In this document: positions 25,984-39,550 of the stretch, one piece after another
How the letters are laid out: the number at the start of each line of letters is the position of its first letter
How positions within the stretch are numbered: the stretch's first letter is position 1
NCBI RefSeq assembly: GCF_947568905.1
Contig: NC_079168.1
Location: 51,460,001 to 51,524,000 of the forward strand
Origin: Ostrea edulis
Lineage: Eukaryota
Direction of reading: 5' to 3'
Length of the DNA stretch: 64,000 bases
The notes under the pieces: model-generated
Told to the model about the DNA's origin: nothing
Database searches by the model: none
What the model saw: the letters and a program-made list of their open reading frames with translations, nothing else
Position numbers and translations under genes: made by a program

Positions 25984-26332
25984 TGTTGACTTGTCAAGAT
26001 CTTTATCGTTATGACCAAGGTTAAAGTTTTTCTTTTGACAATCAGGCAGACAGACCAAAAAATATATGCCCCAGAATCTCTGATTAAGGTGGCATAAAAA
26101 GAAAAAACTTTATGATAAAGTTCCAGGGCCATAAAAGTTAGATGAGCTCACTTTTTGTTCCTTTTGTACAAGTGAGCTCATCTGGTTTTTAGTTTTATGT
26201 TCTATATATGGCTCTGGGACCAGATGTGCAGAACAGCAAAGTTATCTTTGAAGTTTCTGTATGAATATTTCTTTAACAGCAAGAAAAAAACAATAATGTA
26301 CTTGATGCATATATATGTAATTTCATTTTTAA

Positions 26333-27538
26333 TCAATACATACTGAATATGAACTCTTGAGGGTCCTTCCGAGAATTTTGATGAATAGAAGTATACATTC
26401 CTATATGAACAAATAAATTGGGCTCTATTTGATAAGCTGTCAGATTTTTGCTTGTTATAAAATCATAAATTGCAATGTCTGTATGATGACGATTGTTTTC
26501 ACCAGCTAAATAACTTAACAACTGAGGAATTACCCATCTTGGATAAAACATGGCTGGAGTGCAGCAGCCTGGTGATATGTTTAATGAATAAAACTGAGAT
26601 GCTATTCTGCGTAGTTCAAGGACATTTTGTCGATCTAACAACAGCACTACCAATATAAAATATACAGCACCAAAAATAAAGTATAAGTATTGTAAAGATG
26701 TCTTTTTCCTGAAGGCAAAAACTGCAACAAAGCACCCAGCTCCAACCATTCCAATGGCTACAAGTTCTAAAATTCTTCTCAATTCATTCGCAAAACCCTG
26801 CCATTTAGGTGGATAGTACAGCTTAATATAAGCAAAGTTTGTCATTGGTGGGTTCCTGAATAAGGTTAACCACTTTAGCTTGAAGTTCACAACATCAAGT
26901 GCCATAGGCAGAGGAAGTGTGTCATCTTCCATCAGTAACACATACTCAGGATTCATGGAATATGCCATTTCTAAACAAAACATGTAGTCTATAGTTTCTT
27001 TTTGGTAGGTAGTGAAGTGATTTTGCTGTAGATAAAGTGATATGTGAGGGCTGGTGTGAGGTATCCTGGTGATATTCTTAAAGCGATAATGAGCTGGAAT
27101 ATACTTTTCTAATTTCTTCACTTCCTCATGACTGTTCACATCTTGATCGACATTGCAAATGAATAAATATTTTCTTTGAAAGTGTTTATCTTCCTTAAGT
27201 AATTTATCCATTCTTGCTACAGACTGAGTGAGGTATCCTAAAGTTCCATCCTTTCTCTTGACAGTAATAACAGCCACAACTAGGTCAAGATGACCCAATT
27301 TCTCCATATTGTGGTAGAATTGCTGTGACGATTCAGCATGCAAGGAAGAGAAATAGGCAAGCGATACATTGTAACGCCTTGAATTGAGGAGTTCTGCTTT
27401 CTCTGAAATATCTTTCTCCTTGTTGTAGACATAGTAGAATTTCGAGAATGGTAGTTTTATACACAATGGAGGTATCCACAATGTAAAAGTTATCACAAAC
27501 AAGATGGTCAACCACAGGAGACTCTTTATAGGCCTCAT
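26333..27538 (-). CDS. PGAP4: GPI-GalNAc transferase PGAP4 / TMEM246 homologue, single coding exon, 401 aa
   Basis: N-terminal TM; KETIDYMFCLE...PEYVLLMEDDTLP (DxD-like), YIKLYYP, two tandem TMs, CCTPAMFYP, PNLFVHIGMYTS, matching the PGAP4 motif order as recalled; first ATG at 27538; exon acceptor at 27609. Confidence 0.88.
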   Translation of the reverse strand: MRPIKSLLWLTILFVITFTLWIPPLCIKLPFSKFYYVYNKEKDISEKAELLNSRRYNVSLAYFSSLHAESSQQFYHNMEKLGHLDLVVAVITVKRKDGTLGYLTQSVARMDKLLKEDKHFQRKYLFICNVDQDVNSHEEVKKLEKYIPAHYRFKNITRIPHTSPHISLYLQQNHFTTYQKETIDYMFCLEMAYSMNPEYVLLMEDDTLPLPMALDVVNFKLKWLTLFRNPPMTNFAYIKLYYPPKWQGFANELRRILELVAIGMVGAGCFVAVFAFRKKTSLQYLYFIFGAVYFILVVLLLDRQNVLELRRIASQFYSLNISPGCCTPAMFYPRWVIPQLLSYLAGENNRHHTDIAIYDFITSKNLTAYQIEPNLFVHIGMYTSIHQNSRKDPQEFIFSMY

Positions 27539-29189
27539 CACCAGATCTGAACTGCATCCCTGTGATCACTGCGTGCTGATTCTTTTGGAGCCCACACAAT
27601 TTTGCATCCTAAAATGAAATTGAAAAATTTGTTTACTTTCCTCATTAATTATCAAGTCACACAATTTTATCAAAATTCATGAAAATTAATGGTAGGTATG
27701 AATGCTGGGGGAGGGGAAGGAGAAACTGGTATGGTTACAGGCTTTCATAGACCAGAAGTCAGCAAGGTTAAAATGGAAAATAGTTCACTAAAGTGTAGCT
27801 ATTTTTCTAAACTTGGGGATGAATATTTTCATTTTTCAAGAATTGTTGTAGTAAAATAATTGGGTATTTATTCATTAGAATAAAACAAACTGAAATTCCC
27901 ATTATGCAAGACTAATTTGTGCCAAGTTTGGTTTAAATTGGCCATGTGGTTCTTGGGATAAGAAGTCTAAAATATGAATAGTTCACGAAAGAAAGAAGAA
28001 CAACAGACTGATCAGAGATGCTCAATTGAGTTTTCAGGTCATGTGAGCTAAGAAGAGACCAATAGGCCACAACACTCAACCGTGCCCATACTTCCAATAG
28101 TATTTCTAGGTTGAATCACTTAATTACAAAACATTTGAATAGCATATTGATCACCCTATAAAGTATAGGGGTGGTCAAATAAATACCACTGTATTCAAAT
28201 GAGTTCCAAACATTGCCTGAAAATGGAGTAAAGCAGAGTTTATGTTTTCTACATATCAGTCATCTTAATAATTTCACCAGTCCAAACAATGACACCTGCT
28301 AGTCAATGTAGGGAGTAAACACATGTTAGTTTTAAGGAGGAATAATACACCAGAGAAATCTGATGTGGATGGAAAGTGGAGAATATGTTCACTTTTGAAA
28401 TTGAAAGTTTTAGTAGAAATAATTTGGAATTTTTTTTTAATTCCTTACTAGACTCGAATTTTTCTTTCAATAAGGTAAGGTTTTCAATTACAAAACATTA
28501 TTGTGCATATCTTCCAATTTTCATCCCAAACAATTCTCTTTGGTGTATTGTACATCCTTAAAATGAACAAAAATATATCTCAGAGAAGGAAAGAGTCCTA
28601 GCTTTGATAGAACTTTGCAAAAATTCTGAAAAGATTCTCCAGAATTGATAAATTATTTCCACGCAATTTTCAGACATTGTTTGTTTATAGTTTTAACATA
28701 TCAAAGAAGTCTCTATGAAGTCTGCTTGGTGTCTTTTAATGTCTGCCTCCCCTCTATGGAGTCTGATTCTGATTAGTATTTCTATATAATTCAATTCTTA
28801 TTGTACTCTAGTCTCTGATTGGTTGAATTCAAATTGAGGAACGCAGGTTATTTTTGTATAACCTGGTCTGGTATGAGGACACACCCCCTTGACAACCAGT
28901 TGCTGGAACTACCTTTTTTTCCTCTCTAAATTTACATTGCAGCACTGTTTTGGGCCTTTAATGGAATAGAAAAGTCAACGTCTGCACTAAAATACTTGGT
29001 TTAATACAAAGATTGATTTCTCGTTGTCAATTAGCATCTAAATTTACGCAAATCACTGTTGTAAAACATCTCTCTTTGTATGATGGTCGAATAATAGATA
29101 AAACCAAAGATATCATATTCAAATTAATGATTTACCAAGTTAACATTACCCTGTTCATTTTGAAATACATTTCTCACTGGGGAAAGGGT

Positions 29190-29221
<32 letters not shown>

Positions 29222-29269
29222 GCTTCATTGCTTGATCCACCTTTCAACAAAGCAAAGAAAAATAAATAA

Positions 29270-30592
29270 AAATCAATATATGCACCCAGGGGTGCATAAG
29301 CCAAGTTGCATGGGATACATTGTAAAGTCAGGAATGATGTGGCATATTTATGATTGTGAAGAACTAATTTCAGTTTTAAACTTTTCAAGTTACTGTCCAG
29401 AAACCATATTTGTGGTCACTGTGACCTTGACCTTTTTTCTCAAAAATCAATAGGGGCCTTGTTTTGCTGGTATCCAACACTATAACCAAGTTTCATTTGA
29501 TTCAAATTAAAAATTTTCAAGTTATTCTCCGGAAACTAATTTTTTGGGGGGGAATTTTAAATCTATTTTCGGTCACTGTGACCTTGAGCTTTGACCCATT
29601 TTCTCCAAAATCAATAGGGGTCTTCCTTACCTGGTACATAACAATATCTTTAAGCATCATTTGATTCGGATTTAAACTTTCTGAGTTATCATCCGGAAAC
29701 CAAATATTTCTGAAATTTTCATTCTATATTCGGTCACTGTGACTTTGACCATTGACCTTTTTTCTCCAAAATCAATAAGGGTCTTCCTTACTTGGTACAC
29801 AACAATATATCAAAGTTTCATTTGATTCGGATTTAAATTTTCTGAGTTATCATCCGGAAACCAAATTTTTCTGAAATTTTCATTCTATATTCGGTCACTG
29901 TGACCTTGACCTTTGACCTTTTTTCTCCAAAATCAATAAGAGTCTTCCTTACTTGGTACACAACAATATATCAAAGTTTCATTTGATTCGGATTTAAATT
30001 TTCTGAGTTATCATCCGTAAACCAAATTTTTCTGAAATTTTCATTCTATATTCGGTCACTGTGACCTTGACCTTTGACCTTTTTTCTCCAAAATCAATAG
30101 GGGTCTTCCTTACTTTGTACCCAACAATATCTCAAAGTTTCATTTGATTCAGATTTAAACTTTCTGAGTTATCATCCGGAAACCAAATTTTTCTGAAATT
30201 TTCATTCTATATTCGGTCACTGTGACCTTGACCTTTGACCTTTTTTCTCCAAAATCAATAGGGGTCTTCCTTACTTTGTACCCAACAATATCTCAAAGTT
30301 TCATTTGATTCAGATTTAAACTTTCTGAGTTATCATCCGGAAACCAAATTTTTCTGAAATTTTCATTCTATTTTTGGTCACTGTGACCTTGATCTTTGAC
30401 AAATTTTCTCCAAAATCAAAAGGGGTCTTCCTTACCTGGTACCCAACAATATATCAAAGTTTCATTTGATTAGATTGTAAACTTTTCTGAGTTATCATCC
30501 GGAAACCAATTGTTGACGCCCAACCGCCCACCAACCCGCCCGCATCACCAAACCAATAGCCGAGTTCAACTTCGTTGCAACTCGGCTAAAAA
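29270..30592 (+). mobile_element. HINE-type element with 161-bp tandem core (~7 copies)
   Basis: gttatcatccggaaacc at 29685, 29846, 30007, 30168, 30329, 30491; (CCGC/CCAA) microsatellite; 3' hairpin tagccgagtt...aactcggcta; 5' boundary approximate. Confidence 0.8.
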
Positions 30593-31254
30593 TCATACAT
30601 CTTATTTTTTAATTAGATGACGTCAGTCACATTGACATTTGGATCACGATTTGTCACTTGTTTGTATATTTTCTTGTGTCAGATTTACTATTTGCGACAT
30701 CGTTGCATGCCAGGGTAAGTTTTCATGTTGTAGAAATCTTCATAGAGTTACATATGTAAAAGCCACAAATTATCGCATTTTCTGATGTTTGATGACTTAT
30801 TTTGGGTAGGCCTTAAGAATACAATATCCCGTATTTTCTCAATCTGTCAAGAGTATGAATGACTTCAAAGTCATTCTTTAAGGGCAGTGAAAAACGCATT
30901 GCATGCACAGCCTACACATATTTTCTGTCATGACGAACTTCAAACTTCCCCTTCAATAACTACGTTTACAATATTTTGGTAAATAGGCTCTGTAGAACTA
31001 AGATGGCCGCCTTCTAAGCTATATGCTTCGTCGTAGTTGCCAAGTGAATCATTGTGCAGCTCAGTTGATTTGTATTTTTCGAATTTATGTACATTTTAAA
31101 AGGTTAGTACCTTTGTCTTTTGCATTAAATTATAAGGAATGACTTTAATTCTGGGGCATATTATACGAGTATAACCTGGTTTGGGTCAGTTTACGCTTTC
31201 TTATAATCTGCTTTTTAAATTAAGTTAAAGTCATTCCTTAAATACATGTAGTGA

Positions 31255-32560
31255 TTGTCTTCTCTCTATAGTGTCTGTCTTCTCTCTATAGAGTCTACTC
31301 GATGTCTCTCTATAGTGTCTGTCTTCTGTCTATAATGTCTGCTCAATGTCTCTCTATAGTGTCTGCTCAATGTCTCTCTATAGTGTCTGACTTTTCTCTA
31401 TAGTGTCTGCTCAATGTCTCTCTATACAGTCTGCTCAATATCTCTCTATAGTGTCTGTCTTCTGTCTATAAAGTCTGCTTAATGTCTCTGTATAGTGTCT
31501 GCTCAATGTCTCTCTATAGAGTCTGCTCAATGTCTCTCTATAGTGTCTGTCTTCTCTCTATAGTGTCTGCTCAATGTCTCTCTATAAAGTCTGCTCAATG
31601 TCTCCCTATAGTGTCTGTCTTCTGTCTATAGTGTCTGTCTTCTGTCTATAGTGTCTGCTCAATGTTTCTCTATAGAGTCTGCTCAATGTCTCTCTATAGT
31701 GTCTGTCTTCTCTCTATAGTGTCTGCTCAATGCCTCTCTATAGTGTCTGCTCAATGTCTCTCTATACAGTCTGCTCAATATATCTCTATAGTGTCTGTCT
31801 TCTGTCTATAAAGTCTGCTTAATGTCTCTCTATAGTGTCTGCTCAATGTCTCTCTATAGAGTCTGCTCAATGTCTCCCTATAGTGTCTGTTTTCTCTCTA
31901 TAGTGTCTGCTCAATGTCTCTCTATAGAGTCTGCTAAATGTTTCTCTATAGTGTCCGTCTTCTCTCTATAGTGTCTGTCTTCTCTCTATAGAGTCTGCTC
32001 AATGTTTCTCTATAATGTCTGTCTTCTCTCTATAGAGTCTGCTCAATGTTTCTCTATAATGTCTGTCTTCTCTCTATAGAGTCTGCTCAATGTTTCTCTA
32101 TAGTGTCTGCTCAATGTTTCTCTATAATGTCTGTTTTCTCTCTATAGTGTCTGCTCAATGTTTCTCTATAATGTCTGTCTTCTCTCTATAGAGTCTGCTC
32201 AATGTCTCTCTATAGAGTCTGCTCAATGTTTCTCTATAGAGTCTGCTCAATGTCTCTCTATAGAGTCTACTCTGTCTGTCTTCTCTCTATAGTGTCTGGT
32301 CTGTCTTATCTCTATAGTGTCTGTCTTCTCTCTCTAGTGTCTGTCTTCTCTCTATAGAGTCTGCTCAAAGTCTTTCTATGGTGTCTGTCTTCTCTCTATA
32401 GTGTCTGTCTTCTCTCTATAGAGTCTGCTCAGCTCAAAGTCTCTCTATGGTGTCTGTCTTCCTTCTATAGAGTCTGTCAATGTCTCTCTAGTGTCTGCTT
32501 AATGTGTCTCTATAGTGTCTGTCTTACCTCTATGGTGTTTGCATAGTGTCAGTATCTCTA
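31255..32560. repeat. ~20-22-bp two-variant minisatellite (ctctatagtgtctgctcaatgt / ctctatagtgtctgtctt)
   Basis: About 60 interspersed units over 1.3 kb. Confidence 0.92.
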
Positions 32561-33022
32561 TAGTGTCCATATATACAAGTCTCAGAATAAATATAGAATA
32601 TATGTACTATCAAATTATTTGATAATGATATAATTTTATTTTTTCAGTCTGGTTACTGTCCTGAAATGATGTAAATATTACATGCATGTTTGTATATTTT
32701 ATCAAACATTCCAGATGCCCTGTGGTCAATTATTACAGATTTTAATGCACATCCTGGACAATGTTGGTTATCAAAACTATACTCTAACAGTTCAAGAAAA
32801 TCATGTTATGTATAAACTATTACACAAGCACACTTGGAACTTTGATATCATAAATAATTGACAAATACATGTACAATGAAATCAGATTCATTTGATGCAC
32901 TTGGCTTGCAATTTGTTTCGATCCCTGGGAATTGATGGTTAAAGGGGCATGGACACAATTTAAATTGAGAATTTTCAAATTTTATTTTTCCATTTTTAAT
33001 GTTTACAATGCTTAATTAAGGT

Positions 33023-34205
33023 ACAGTCTTTTGCCCAGTTCCAGATCATTGCCAGTTCCGAATCACTTTGTAATTATCATTAAAAAATACTTAGTTCATG
33101 AAATGATTTTTACTTAGAAAGGTAAATCACGTTGAAAATGATTACTGAGGGATACAAAACTGTTGTAATTTTTATCCAACCCAGGTTTATTACTTGTCAC
33201 ACTTCTTTAATACAATTGGACTTCGATATCTTGGTCACTTACACGCTTGGGAAAAAATCGTGCTGGAGGGAAAAGTTGTCTGTAGCTAAAGAATAACCAA
33301 GTTTTCTGCACAAAAAAATAAATGCATTTAATTGATATATCTTTCAGCAAATGCATCAATAAATACTTCTTCAGTGAATGCATTATTGTAGTTGAGATGC
33401 CTTACCAAAGAGACACCATCTGCTTGTCCAATTCCGGATCAGTTGTGTCAATTAACTACTGTCATACGCGACTTGTTGAACTTAGTTTTAAAGTTTGAGC
33501 AATATCTCAGTTTATATTAAATGCACTGTTGGATTTATAGATTGAAGTAGTGTTAGATATAATACGCACACATTTTTTTTTAATAAAGACAATAAACTAT
33601 TTTTTTCCCTGAATACCAAAATGGATAATCCCCTCCCGTAAATACATTTTAAAATGAAAAAATCGGGGTAGTAAATATACTATGTATTGCATGTAGATTT
33701 ACATCTTGAAATTGATAATTAAAAAGTATACTGTAGTCAATTCAATTTTAAGCATATTAATATACATGTATGACTGTATTATTTTTTCTTCCCAACCTCG
33801 TCAACTTCACAAGAAAATGCCAAAGGATTGTTATCCCGGGTAGATATAACATTAGATCATAAACACACAGAGAGAAAGATAATTATTAATGTTGATTAAG
33901 AGAATTTTGAATGCCGCAATTTTGGCTATGCCAATGCCTAAATGTGAAGCTTTGAATATTGTTCAATATATATAACGTTAATAATGTAAAGATTAATTTA
34001 AACTAGTGTTTGATTTGATTTGATTTCTACAGAAACTAGGTATATAATCAGTGAAATAAACATACACACGTACTGATTTAAAGTTTCGGACCGATTGAAA
34101 GTCGGATCGGGTCAGTGAAAGTTCGAATCGGCCTGCAGTCGTTTCAAACATTTCCGTGATTCGGAACTGGCAGTGTGATTCGGAACTGACCTATGAACAC
34201 GGTTA
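33023..34205. mobile_element. Degenerate non-autonomous TIR element
   Basis: Subterminal ccagttccgaatcac repeats in inverted orientation at both ends. Confidence 0.45.
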
Positions 34206-35152
34206 TGGAAAATGTAAAGGCCGGTGATATGGTAACGGGACGTTTTGCTCCAAAAGACGTTTCGTATTGAGACGATTCACACTAGGACGGTTCGCCCCCA
34301 TTTGCGGTGCGAAACGTCCCATACATTTTCCAATTACTTTGGTTATTATCTATATAACTACATATCTAAGAAGTTTTGTCTGATTACATTTGATGTTAAC
34401 ATATATAGACAGGCATGATGCTAGTCCATGTATGCCGAATTTCCTCAATCAAATTAGATCTTAATTTTAATTAGTACTTGAGTGTGATTGAAGTTTCCTT
34501 TTGATATACATGTATAAAGCATTCATATTTAATGATATTTACTGATACAAATGTCTGGTTGGACAGAGCTGCTTAAACATTTTATGGATGATTTATGCAG
34601 GTCACATGTTCAAGTAATACAGAACATTCAATTTTTCATATTTCTTAATCGAAATTATACATGTATATCCAGTAGTGGATTTAGGAGGGTATATCTAAGG
34701 AAATAATGATCTCTTAATTAGAAAAGCAATCTTTTTTTCACTCTCAGAGAAATAGATTTACAACTTGGAACAAATTCAAATGTTAATTTGGTATGTTGAA
34801 ATATAACACAACACCAATTTTTAAAATCACCTATATTAATGTATCTGGTGTTGTATATGAAATTTTCATATTTTTGCATTGGCAAAAATATGATCCATAA
34901 ACCCGACTTTTTTCTGAGCATCTCCAAATTAATATTGATCCAGGCAAACGCAATTAATTATAGATGCAAATTAACTTAATATCTGAAGTGGTACCACCAT
35001 CGCGGTAGTTGTCGTTAATCTCGCTTAGATCACTTACCTAGTTTGTTATAATTATAATTCCTCATGTTTGATTATATTTCTAGAACATAGACTATTAACT
35101 TAATTTTTAATCAGTATGGATATTTATAAACATTAATCTACAAAATAAAGAA

Positions 35153-37338
35153 AACTAGAGCCAAGCTCGTTGCAAAGCAACGAGAGGTCTTCCGTCGGAG
35201 CTGTATGACATAAAAACCTTAAACTTGACCATATGTCTTTGGGTCAGGTCCTAATGCAGCCTAGTTAACATAAAAATACAGGAATCGTACATGAGTATGT
35301 GTGTGTGGGATCTAACTTTCGCCTTCTTTCCCTCTTGATATGTTATACGTAACATCACCCCGGGAAAAACTATTTGAAATACTTATCCAGTGATTTTACA
35401 AAAGACGAATACAAGTTAAGTTTTTAGAAAGAAAATAATCAACTGTACTGTGACAGGAAGATAAGTACTGTAACGATATAAGTAGTTTGGCTACGCTGGC
35501 GATTCTGACTTCTCGTATGTACTTATGAAATAGTTTGAGAATTTAATATATATCATTGAAATGAAGCTTTAAAGGTGTACTATAAATTTTTATCGTTATA
35601 GGTGTTTAAAGCTGTATGACCCGATGTCCATGTATTTTTTTTTTGTACATAATTACTTTAAAGCAGATTAATTACTTTATAAAGTTATTAACTTTCCCTT
35701 AATTACATGCTTGAAAACCTCTGCATGTAAAAGAAAACAGTGCGAATATTATTTAGAAAGTAAATATAGTGGCTACATATATAAATCATCCCATAATAAA
35801 TGTCTATAAATAAACCCACGCGCGTCAGGGGAATCCCAACATGATGTATTAACTCATACGCAACTGTCTAGTTTTAAGACTGAAAGAGCGTAAAACAACG
35901 AATTACTAAAAGGTATTTGATATTTTTACACAGATAATACCATCGATGATCTGAAAGTTTGAACTGGTCACGTGACTGTCACTTGAAATGGCAGAGTGAT
36001 GCGATTATTTGTAAACATCGATTTTTAAAAAATCAAATTATTTGGGTTAAAACAGGTGAAATAATTTATGATATGTCGTACAGTCTCATAACTACATACG
36101 TGCGATGATTTAATAGCGTTTTTACGAGATGGAAAAAAATATTGTAATTCGGACCATACAGCTTTAATAAATTTATACTACTCAAGTACATGCGTGTATG
36201 ATCTCATTCCACGAATCAGTCTTTTGAGGCGCGCGTGTATGTGGGATTAAATTCTTTCAGCATTTAACTTTTCAGTTCCAATAATGAAGAAAAAATTACT
36301 ATTTAAATTTATGGCTCAGGACATACAATAAAGGTTTATAGCTGTTACCAATATTTTATTATGCAACAAAATTATGATAGCATAATATTCAGACTGAAGA
36401 GAATGATTCATCGAGTTTGAATTATTTATACATACAAATCAAATAAATTGCTCTCAAATCTTGAATATTTTATTAAACTTTAATATCTATCTGCGTAAAT
36501 ACATGTAGGTATATTATGTACACAGTGCGCACAGAAGTCGCGTATGAATTTCACGCCAGGGGCACGTGCCAAAGTAAGTTATACGCATATTTTTCCCCCT
36601 TCACCTACCTAATGATACGGTTACCTGTTTGTGGGTCAAGCTTTTTACTCATATATAACACAATACTCGAGCAAAATATTATGTTTATGAGATCAAGAAG
36701 ATGTTAAAGAACAACTTTTCCAGCAAAAGCCATATCGAAATATTTACCGTTTTTGAGTTATAAAGCGAAAACTTTGAAGATCCCCAGATCCCTAATTTAA
36801 GGGGCCAGCCCCTTTTTAGGGATATAAAAAGAAAGCTCTTAACATTTTGCACAACTTTTGTTCTACACATCTTAACAAAATATTTTTAGTTTAAAAGATA
36901 CAAAGGAAAATATGCGTAATTTTTTGCTACTTTGGGCGTCCTAATTTTTTAACCCTGTCAACCACCATTTCGAACGCTGTAATCAAAAAACAAAAAACGA
37001 TGTGCACAACTACAATGCTCCTACTTTTCATTTTCAACGCATTTTCTGCTCAAGCTTATACAGTCTCGGAGCCTTTGTCTGGAAACCAAAGCCCCTAAAA
37101 TTTCATTCAAAGGGGAATAACTCGTGAACAGAAGGGAATTTCTGAAATGTAGTACATGAATTTCAAATCGTTCTGTAAAGTTTATAAACCCTGAAAATTT
37201 GAGCAAAATCCATGCAGAAATGAGCGAGATATGAGGCTTCAAAGTTAGCGTCTAGGAAAAAAAAAAAAAAAGAATAAGAATAATCTTAACCAGCACAATC
37301 AGTAGAAGGTCTTCCGTTGTTACGGAAGACCTTAATAA
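35153..37338 (+). mobile_element. HINE-type element nested in the 9-bp-TSD element
   Basis: 5' aactagag...ggtcttccgt; 3' aagaataagaataat microsatellite and hairpin aaggtcttccgt-tgtt-acggaagacctt. Confidence 0.65.
35610..36163. mobile_element. TTAA-flanked MITE (Kolobok-like)
   Basis: TTAA|AGCTGTATG...CATACAGCT|TTAA. Confidence 0.75.
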
Positions 37339-38475
37339 AGACAACCATCAATGCAAGTTTAATATTCCTTTTAACATCTGAGTGCGAGTCATCCTAGGGC
37401 GAAATGTCTCGGGTGAATCATCTCAGCACGAAACGTCCACAAGGGTGAAACGTCCCTTATTCGGTGATATTTACCATGATTTTCAAGTAATTTTAGTTAT
37501 TTTTCATTTTAGTAACTTCTGATCTTCTCACAAGACGATTAAAACCAACAGGATCTTCGTGGATTATACCACTAGCAATTGTTAATGAAAATGTGATCCG
37601 GAACTAGGCAAACGACTAGGTTGACTTCCTCATGTTTGCTGACCATTAGAGATGTATCTCTAACAGGTTGGGAACACTTCCCCTATAGCAAGATATTCTC
37701 GCTAAAACGCAATTATCCCTCTTTAGCAAGAAATAAACATTACCACCAACAGGTGTTTTTGCGTCTTTATTGAAAATAATGTCAAATCCTGTGCAACGCT
37801 GAATAAGTGCGACACGCACTCAACATGATGCGAATTGTTTCTAAGAAATTGACAACATAGTCATGAAATTGCATGTCAAAGTTGCTGCATAAGAGGGAAG
37901 CAGTATGAAATCCAATACACATCGTGAGTGTTTTTGTTTTGATTAATATATTTGCAGAAGTATCACACATTTTAGCACTTTTTCTTCTTTTCACGTGAAA
38001 CACGAAGAGATGCATTCCACGGGTGTTTTTCTCGGTTGTACGGGATATATTTATTTTCGCTAGAGAGGGATAATCGCGTTTTAGCGAGAATATCTCGCTA
38101 AAGGGGAAGTGTTCCCAACCTGTCTAATGGTCAGCAAATCTAAATTTTTAGTATTAAAATTTGTATTTGTTAAATAAATACTTACCTTTATAAATTTAGA
38201 TATTCACCTGCTTGCAGTCTTGTATCGGAAAAAAACCATGTAAACAAAAAAGCACCCTTCGTGACCCGCCACCTCTGACATGCTCAGAAACCAACATCCG
38301 GTATCATCTATTCTTTGACATAAAACAAAAAATTAGAAGGGGGATGAAGGGGAGGTGGGTTGGGACCTCTGATTTATAAAGGTAAGTATTATTTAACAAA
38401 TACAAATTTTAATACTAAAAATTTAGAATTTATCACAATAAATACGTTACCTTTATAAATTTAGATAAGCAGAAT

Positions 38476-39550
38476 TCAAAGTAGAGCTGAATCCCCCTGA
38501 GATTGGCAACTAGGAGGAAAAACCACTTTTTGAGCTGAAACTAGAGGTCCAAGCGAGAACAAACTGTCACTATGAAGGGGCATAGATCTATAAAGGTAAT
38601 GGTTATAAAAGGTACTATCAGACCTCCAATAACCAGCTGACATGATTTCCGACATAGAGGAGGAATTGAAAATAGCCCAGGAGCAAGACAAGGCTCTAAT
38701 TTCATGTGCCTGAACTTGAACACGAGACAAGGCTTCTGGAGATGAAGATTGGTAAGCCATCTTAACAGTCTGACAAAGCCAAGTAGAAATAGTCTTAGCC
38801 GAAATATCACTTAGACCTTTCTTAATAGGAATGAAAAGTCTAGTAGAACCAGAAGGTCTGAGCGTTGACGAAACAGAAATATATTTCTGAAGAGTACGCA
38901 CTGGACATAAATCCTGATTACCTAATGATTTAGGTAGAGCAGGAATAACAATAGGTCCAGAACCTTTGTCTGATAACTGATTCTTGGCTAAGAAAGATGG
39001 ATCTGTCAACAGAGTAACTGAAGAATTATCTGCAGAAAATCTGAGACAAGAATCTGCAATGGAGAAAGCATGAATCTCACTCCTTCTACGACCAGAAGCT
39101 AAAGCTAATAAAAAACAGCACTTCAAGGTCAAAAACTTAAAGGGAGCTAAAAATAAAGGTTCGAAAGGAGGAAATTGTAAAGTCCTAAGAACCAAAGCTA
39201 AATTCCAGGATGGAACCAACCTACGTTGTCTAGGTCGTTCCAAACAAAAATTCTTGACCATGAGGGACAAGAACTCATTCTTCCCAAAATCAGGACCTCC
39301 TGACAAAGCTATAGTTCTAGATAAAGCTGAACGATAGCCCTTAATAGTAGAGGGAGAGAAACCTTTGTCTTCAAACAGATAGACTAAAAACTCAGCTAAC
39401 TGTTGGACAGTAACTGCGAGAGGATCAATTTCCTTTGAACGACACCAAGAACAGAAGATGTTCCACTTAGAGTCATAAATTGCTCCTGTAGATTTTCTGA
39501 CTGAACTAGAGATACGTTTGGCTGCTCTGTCAGAAAAGCCATCCTGTCTG
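38476..39550 (-). CDS. DIRS tyrosine recombinase (C-terminal part of the 38476-41511 ORF; start uncertain)
   Basis: LALASGRRRSEI (R), AHEIR (HxxR), GYWRS..TFYNHY (W, Y): catalytic set intact. Confidence 0.92.

Larger units (their letters stand above)
34231..37461. mobile_element. Non-autonomous DNA transposon with perfect 9-bp TSD (MULE-like), hosting nested elements
   Basis: TSD cggtgatat at 34222-34230 and 37462-37470; inverted gggacgttt subterminal repeats. Confidence 0.75.

Noticed and set aside
28790-29260. Crypton-like non-autonomous remnant and Gly-rich ORF 29013-29453
   Set aside because: Only a ctctgattggttg motif with no definable ends; the ORF is a poly-G run plus HINE sequence.
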